Source: an uncultured Planctomycetaceae bacterium (GTDB taxonomy: Bacteria; Planctomycetota; Planctomycetia; Planctomycetales; Planctomycetaceae). From it: DNA of 64,000 nucleotides. Every line of letters begins with the position of its first letter. Position 1 is the stretch's first letter. Of this stretch, positions 59,801 through 64,000 are shown piece after piece. The DNA lies in NCBI GenBank assembly GCA_963976765.1, contig CAXBME010000022.1, positions 1-64,000 on the forward strand. Reading direction: 5' to 3'. The notes under the pieces were generated by a model. It did not search any database. It was not told the DNA's origin and worked only from the letters and a program-made list of their open reading frames with translations. Made by a program: the position numbers and the translations under genes.

Positions 59801-61568
59801 ATAACAGGCGGACCCAGTTCGATCGTTCTCCGAGTACGTACGCAGAGTCGCCAATCACCGTCGGCACGCCCAGAAAGAACGTTCCGGAAGCCGGCAATTC
59901 GTGTTCTCCTTCGGGGCCGCCGATCTGCCATTTCAGAATACCACTTTCCAGATCAATCGCGCACAGCCGATTCCAGCTTCTCGGAGCCGTCTGTCGAAGT
60001 CCCGGCTGACGATAAGATGTCGCCTTCGACGTGACGCCACCGTCTTCTAGAGCAAACAGTACCTTGCCATCCGTGCTGAGTGTTCCGATCGTTCGGTCCA
60101 GCCGACTCTTCGTATAAACGACGGCGGACTGCCGCTGGTTCAACGGGTTCGAAATATCATGCGATTCCTGCGGCACATTCACGGACTGCAACGCGCGGCT
60201 CAGGTCAAACTGCTCGGCAAACGCCGGGTCTGCCATGAACGATTCCCATCGCAGCTTACCGGTCGCCAGATCGACCGATCGAATTCGGTTAAGCGTGCGG
60301 AAGACAACCTGTCCGTTAGTCACGACCGGATCGCAGGCCGGCAGAGCTTTCGTCTTTCGTCGCTGATCACGCCTGGCAAGATGCACCAGACCGACGTCAA
60401 CCAGAGCAGCCACTTCCGCTTCGGATTCCGGATAAGGATCCTCGGCGTTGACATCTTCGTCGTCGAAATTCCGCGCGAACTTCTTTCGATCGTCATCGGT
60501 GAACGGCACATTGAATCCAGACGTTCCCCACGTCCAGGCAACTTGAGCGTCCGGACTGAACACCGAGTCCGACGCCGCCGACAGCCGTCCGGCTGACGAG
60601 AATCTGTGCTCGGGTACGAAAGCGGCGACCGTTGCCACTGGTGTTTTCTGTATCCACGCTGCCGTTTCGGAAATGAAATCCTGAGGCAGGCTGGTGGCGA
60701 CTTCGGGATGCTTCTTCAGCCATTTCGACAAATCATGCAGCGACAGGCGAGCCTGGCCCCGCTGCTCGAGGCTGCTCCAGGCGACAGCGATGCGGATGGA
60801 AAGTGAAGGTTCGCGACTCTCGCGAGCCTGATCAGTTTTCAGGAGCCGATAGAACTGACGAAGCGCGGCCATCGGATGATTCTGGTCGAGATGCCGATTC
60901 CCCAGCAGTTCGATAGCGCTGTAGCCTGCCGGTGTGTGGACATCCTGACTGGCAACTCGGTTGATCGCTGCCCAGTCATCCAGGCTCACAGCTTCGTTGA
61001 AATCTGCGTTCGCTCGATCCGCAACCAACCGAAGCCACGCACCGCGACCAGCAGGTGGCAGGTCCCCGATGATCTCTTCGGTGACACCTTTGAGACTGTG
61101 AAGAGGCGAGGGAGTAAATCCAAACGGAAGCTGCCGCTCGTCCCCGGCATAGTCGATCGGCACGGGCATGACGAGCGTGTCTTCCGGCATGGCCAGGATG
61201 CCAGCATGAACCCTCTCCAGCACGTCGTTCCAGTTAAAATCCTCGGTCCACGGTCCACGAGCCGCTTCCTGAAACTTTGTAAGCCGCATCACCAGCTGGC
61301 GATCGGTGACGTATCCTGGAGGGGCGATCCAGCGAGTGTCGATCGCCCGCGATGCCCGCTTCGTTGTCGCCAGTGGAATCACGATTGAACGAGGCTCTGA
61401 ATCAGCCTGCAAAACCGACTCGTCTGAATCGTCCTGGTTCGGCTCAGGCGTCTGGGCGATCGCAACCAGTCCCCACGCAGAGACCAGAGTCAGCGCGGAA
61501 ATCAGACACAACGCGCAGCACGTCAGTCGTTGAAAATTCAGGACCGGGATCCGTCCGATCGAAAACAT
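56844..61568 (-). CDS. Large PQQ-like beta-propeller (BamB-like) secreted protein
   Basis: Signal peptide; repeated xDxxTGxxxW motifs in two clusters separated by helical repeats. Confidence 0.8.
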   Translation of the reverse strand: MFSIGRIPVLNFQRLTCCALCLISALTLVSAWGLVAIAQTPEPNQDDSDESVLQADSEPRSIVIPLATTKRASRAIDTRWIAPPGYVTDRQLVMRLTKFQEAARGPWTEDFNWNDVLERVHAGILAMPEDTLVMPVPIDYAGDERQLPFGFTPSPLHSLKGVTEEIIGDLPPAGRGAWLRLVADRANADFNEAVSLDDWAAINRVASQDVHTPAGYSAIELLGNRHLDQNHPMAALRQFYRLLKTDQARESREPSLSIRIAVAWSSLEQRGQARLSLHDLSKWLKKHPEVATSLPQDFISETAAWIQKTPVATVAAFVPEHRFSSAGRLSAASDSVFSPDAQVAWTWGTSGFNVPFTDDDRKKFARNFDDEDVNAEDPYPESEAEVAALVDVGLVHLARRDQRRKTKALPACDPVVTNGQVVFRTLNRIRSVDLATGKLRWESFMADPAFAEQFDLSRALQSVNVPQESHDISNPLNQRQSAVVYTKSRLDRTIGTLSTDGKVLFALEDGGVTSKATSYRQPGLRQTAPRSWNRLCAIDLESGILKWQIGGPEGEHELPASGTFFLGVPTVIGDSAYVLGERSNWVRLLCLESASGRIKWVQPVATAVSGVSQEGLRRVGGISPCPADGLIICPTIAGLVAAFDPDQQRLAWTSTYRTMMAARPAPRSIFHVPQRVNADDVESSDRWRHDSVIVRAGRVVMSPLDSQQLICLDAVSGDTLWTQPRGRGMFVGAAIDHQIIVVDDSAVRSLNLDDGGLHWIVRLNQRTPTGRGLQVGSLFHLPVATIVEDESIEDEWLLDENSADKPFDKTGRLITIDLKAGRLLAESATPDGQPLGNLVGHEGQLLTQRFDSVVALESLLKVEASLARQLEQKPDDSSVLESRARIRLHEGKLEEGLHNLQLAVQDKAAKSALNLLFEQALEQLRQGQELDETTKQVLAKADLNAVQRNSLDAVRFESLLASGSYVPAFDLMLDSPRTDPATGQPFIVHADPLAISSTVWVASQLQAAYELVLSQNPDQADVEVFDQRIRTRLDQAKSEADPAALRVWLELFSWHKLFADAAIALVDRLDAKRDALEIESLLVGLSRHADREVATAAAERLPRPSVAVDWPDNAPLITTATHHLSADRRVLVDVLGSRSPVIRGWEFELTLDGLTALSPSGNPLWTLTDKQLGSDPLLTTSRHGSCRILSSGHLLAVSTGTEFSVFDIREPQPRRLWMRAFLSHETEGFLQMRQTHLLGSPVLISGSTPIGSVDFLNSHSLVFRTGSTLRVVSATTGETAWTRENIPPDAIVFGDESALSVVHVGSGHCQLFNLRTGRLMREHFEIPLVGLLTTYGTDLILRQNGGTTHTISRVDMRTGKTAWEYEFPNKGSIRPADEDRLVEFHPDGRILVHEQSTGEVIIDVQAEAQLIPGRFFLHETPTEYVLFSATPQRGFQSRIGPLSQQGTGQDKVEGPAYGIDRRTGKLIWSVNIEPQYLAGKQPSQLPFVVLACWSSPDRPDGEFSRSGRHFPLRVLDTRTGQTIFTSDDAGDEEMVLNYFSTGDARQKQASIRFAKTVIQLDYSTKPPAAVSPKD

Positions 61569-61814
61569 GAAACGCTCCAGCACAAAGGCTGTCTGGCGAA
61601 AATGGAAACGCAATGCCCGCACGAACTCCGACGTCCGAACTGGCTCCGGTATCCATACCGGAGCGTCGTGAGTTTCGCCGAACGAAGGGAAGCGTCAAGG
61701 GCGACGCGTCGCGAGTCAAGCGCACGCTACACCGCCATTGTTACACTCGAATCGAAATCGGGGAAAGCGATAATGGACTTGCCTGATCGCACACGCAACC
61801 CGATCTCCGGCGGA

Positions 61815-63593
61815 TCAATGTCCATTCGAAGAGTCGCCTTCGCCGGACTCGGCCTTAAGAGTACCGTTTGCCATTGGCTCGCCCCGCGAAATTGATCGAA
61901 CAAGCTGCCCCAGAAGTCGAGAGTAAATAAACGCAACTTGAGTTGCCATGAGTGACGCGAGCGACCACATCGCAGGGATGGCGACGATAACCCACAGGAA
62001 TGTTGGCCACTGTCCAATCAATTTCTCCGACTCGACAATGACGGGAATCACGCACCACAGGATCAGGAAATACAAGACGACGCTGCTGAATATGGCTGAC
62101 AGAATCAGCAGCAACGCCAACCCATAAAACTGACTCCACAGTTGCCACTGCTCAAACAGACTTCTCGCAACGACCAGTGGGTCGAATACAAAACAACTGG
62201 CAATGACCGGCAGAAGCAGAAAAGCACAAAACGAGCAGCTGACAAGTCCAGTGATCGAGAACACGCCCGGCGAACCGTACACCCATGCCGCAGCCGGTAG
62301 CGCAGCGACCCACAAGACGCTGAGAGTCATCGCACCCCGGAACAGCTCGCCCGCGTCAAGCCCTTCCGGGTACTCGCCGATCACTAAAACGTCTTCGGTC
62401 GTCTGGGCAAAGACTTCAAGACAACACACAGCGACGTACGACATCATCACAAGCAGCAACGCAGCAACTGGACAGAGATAAGCAATCGCAACCACCGCCG
62501 GAACGCCAGCCAGTGCGGGCACCGTCTGCAACGTGACCGTGAGCATTCCCAACGCAAGAAACACGGCGAAGAACGTCAGGGCATTGCTGACAAACCAGCC
62601 TGCACTCATCCGCATCACGGTGCGGAGGCATTCCGGCTGGAGCGGAAGCGTCAGGCAATCCAGCACGAGAGCCTTCATGTCCTTCCGGAATAAGTCATCC
62701 TCAAGCAGGTTGACTTGATTCCTGGAAGATTCATCCTCAGACGCCTCTGAATCGTCGCTGCCCGATGCCGGTTCAGTTTCCGCTGCTGCTTCACCATTCT
62801 GGTGACGATCATTGATCAGAGACGTCTCTTCAGAACTGTTTTGAGTGATCTCTCCTGGTGGCAACGTTACAGGATTGTCTTCAGGGCTGGTTCCAGGGTC
62901 GGCAATCGAGAGCGAATAGGTCTCCGACTCCGGCAACGAAGGGCCCGACTCGTTCGGCAAGGGCTTATTCTTCGGAGCTGAGTCCGGTGCATCCGTTGCT
63001 CTTGTCGAAGCACCCGACTGAACACGCCTGACGTCTGAGACTTCAGCAAGTACTTCATGGGCTGTCCGCCAGGAACTGGCGTCCTGGTGCCTGACAGAAT
63101 CGTCCGCAGACAAAGTTCCTGCGTCGTACAACTTGACGAGAGCTGCGTCACTGACTGGCCCCATCTCCCGCCCATCAATCCGACACATCCATTTCCTTGC
63201 TTCGACATCCACAGCCGGAACCGCCTGGATATTGAGCCTCTTACGACGATTCTCGCCATGCTCGACCCGTTCAGCCTGAAGCTTCCGTTTTGCTGCCGCT
63301 TCCACTCGTTCGAGTTTCCTGGAACGGCTCACCGGTCGACGTTTCGAACGCTCCTCATCCTTGTGCTGCTCGTCGAAGCCGCTAAGCAGGGGTTCAAAGA
63401 GGAAAAACATCAGCAATGCGCCCGGCATCGCATAAAACGCCATGCCGACTGGACCTTGTGGAGGACGTCCCGTGACGATCGACACCGCGACAATCGAAAT
63501 GACCGCCGAAATCACAAGACATACAGTTCGCACGGGCCTGCTCCCAATCGGTGGCGAAAACCGGAGAATCCCGCCTGCTATTGAGCAGTTCAC
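61815..63593 (-). CDS. Membrane protein with a GYF_2/DUF4339 domain
   Basis: WMCRIDGREMGPVS..L..L...G.L..DD.V......W; multiple TM helices. Confidence 0.75.
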   Translation of the reverse strand: MNCSIAGGILRFSPPIGSRPVRTVCLVISAVISIVAVSIVTGRPPQGPVGMAFYAMPGALLMFFLFEPLLSGFDEQHKDEERSKRRPVSRSRKLERVEAAAKRKLQAERVEHGENRRKRLNIQAVPAVDVEARKWMCRIDGREMGPVSDAALVKLYDAGTLSADDSVRHQDASSWRTAHEVLAEVSDVRRVQSGASTRATDAPDSAPKNKPLPNESGPSLPESETYSLSIADPGTSPEDNPVTLPPGEITQNSSEETSLINDRHQNGEAAAETEPASGSDDSEASEDESSRNQVNLLEDDLFRKDMKALVLDCLTLPLQPECLRTVMRMSAGWFVSNALTFFAVFLALGMLTVTLQTVPALAGVPAVVAIAYLCPVAALLLVMMSYVAVCCLEVFAQTTEDVLVIGEYPEGLDAGELFRGAMTLSVLWVAALPAAAWVYGSPGVFSITGLVSCSFCAFLLLPVIASCFVFDPLVVARSLFEQWQLWSQFYGLALLLILSAIFSSVVLYFLILWCVIPVIVESEKLIGQWPTFLWVIVAIPAMWSLASLMATQVAFIYSRLLGQLVRSISRGEPMANGTLKAESGEGDSSNGH

Positions 63594-63629
63594 GGCGATG
63601 ACTCAATCGATAATCCCGAAGTCCAGCAT

Positions 63630-64000
63630 TTAGTTCTGAAGGTTCGATTCACCGGCGAATTCCCTGACGGAATCCATAGCGATGCGAGCGGCTGAGCGAA
63701 CGGCATCGCTCTCGTCTGCCAAACATGGACTCAAAAGCAAGAGTGCTCGACGACCTGCATCAGTCCCCAACCCGACATCTGTCGAAGCCAGGTACCCGAG
63801 TCCACTGGCAGCCATGGCACGAACGAACCAGTCGTCGTCAACAAGAAGTCGACCGAGCGTTGGAACATCCTGCTCGCCACCACAAAGACCGAGTGTCCCG
63901 GCAGCATTGGCTCTCACCTGTGACCGCGAATCGGTAAGAAGCAGTCGAAGCCTTTCAGCAATATGACTGTTCTGCCGACGCACCAGGACATTCATTGCAC
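63630..64000 (-). CDS. HEAT-repeat protein (5' end probably outside the window)
   Basis: Repeated LxD....VR..AA..LG motifs. Confidence 0.75.
   Translation of the reverse strand, partial: AMNVLVRRQNSHIAERLRLLLTDSRSQVRANAAGTLGLCGGEQDVPTLGRLLVDDDWFVRAMAASGLGYLASTDVGLGTDAGRRALLLLSPCLADESDAVRSAARIAMDSVREFAGESNLQN

Noticed and set aside
1..64000. CRISPR array, rRNA, IS transposase
   Set aside because: No regularly spaced repeats, rRNA-like sequence or transposase motifs were seen.

Overview
The window looks like a Planctomycete chromosome (DUF1501, DUF1549/DUF1553, planctomycete cytochrome c-WD40 and PQQ-propeller genes) in two parts. Positions 1-~24650 hold one end of a lambda-like siphovirus prophage lying directly downstream of tRNA-Asp(GTC) (24652-24725, minus strand). 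From the tRNA inwards it carries: a small accessory block (Panacea/SocA antitoxin coupled to a membrane protein, then a GNAT-like ORF); a frameshifted XRE regulator; a cos-like site; an HTH gene; a run of small, mostly translationally coupled genes (two lipoproteins, holin-like, phospholipase A2-like, PD-(D/E)XK nuclease-like, Acb2/Tad1-type sponge); and then terminase, portal, protease-capsid fusion, head-tail, tail tube, G/GT chaperone, tape measure and tail fibre. No integrase, replication, small terminase or endolysin gene is recognisable here. Positions ~24930-64000 are host backbone: proB, fabF, MacA/MacB-like pair, RlmI-like methyltransferase, uvrA paralogue, truB, a four-gene DUF1501-PPC-DUF1549/1553-cytochrome c/WD40 operon, TlpA, SDR, RlmB-like, HtrA-like protease, recA, sulfatase, M20 peptidase, PQQ propeller, GYF and HEAT proteins. 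All family calls come from motif recognition by eye; no database searches were run.
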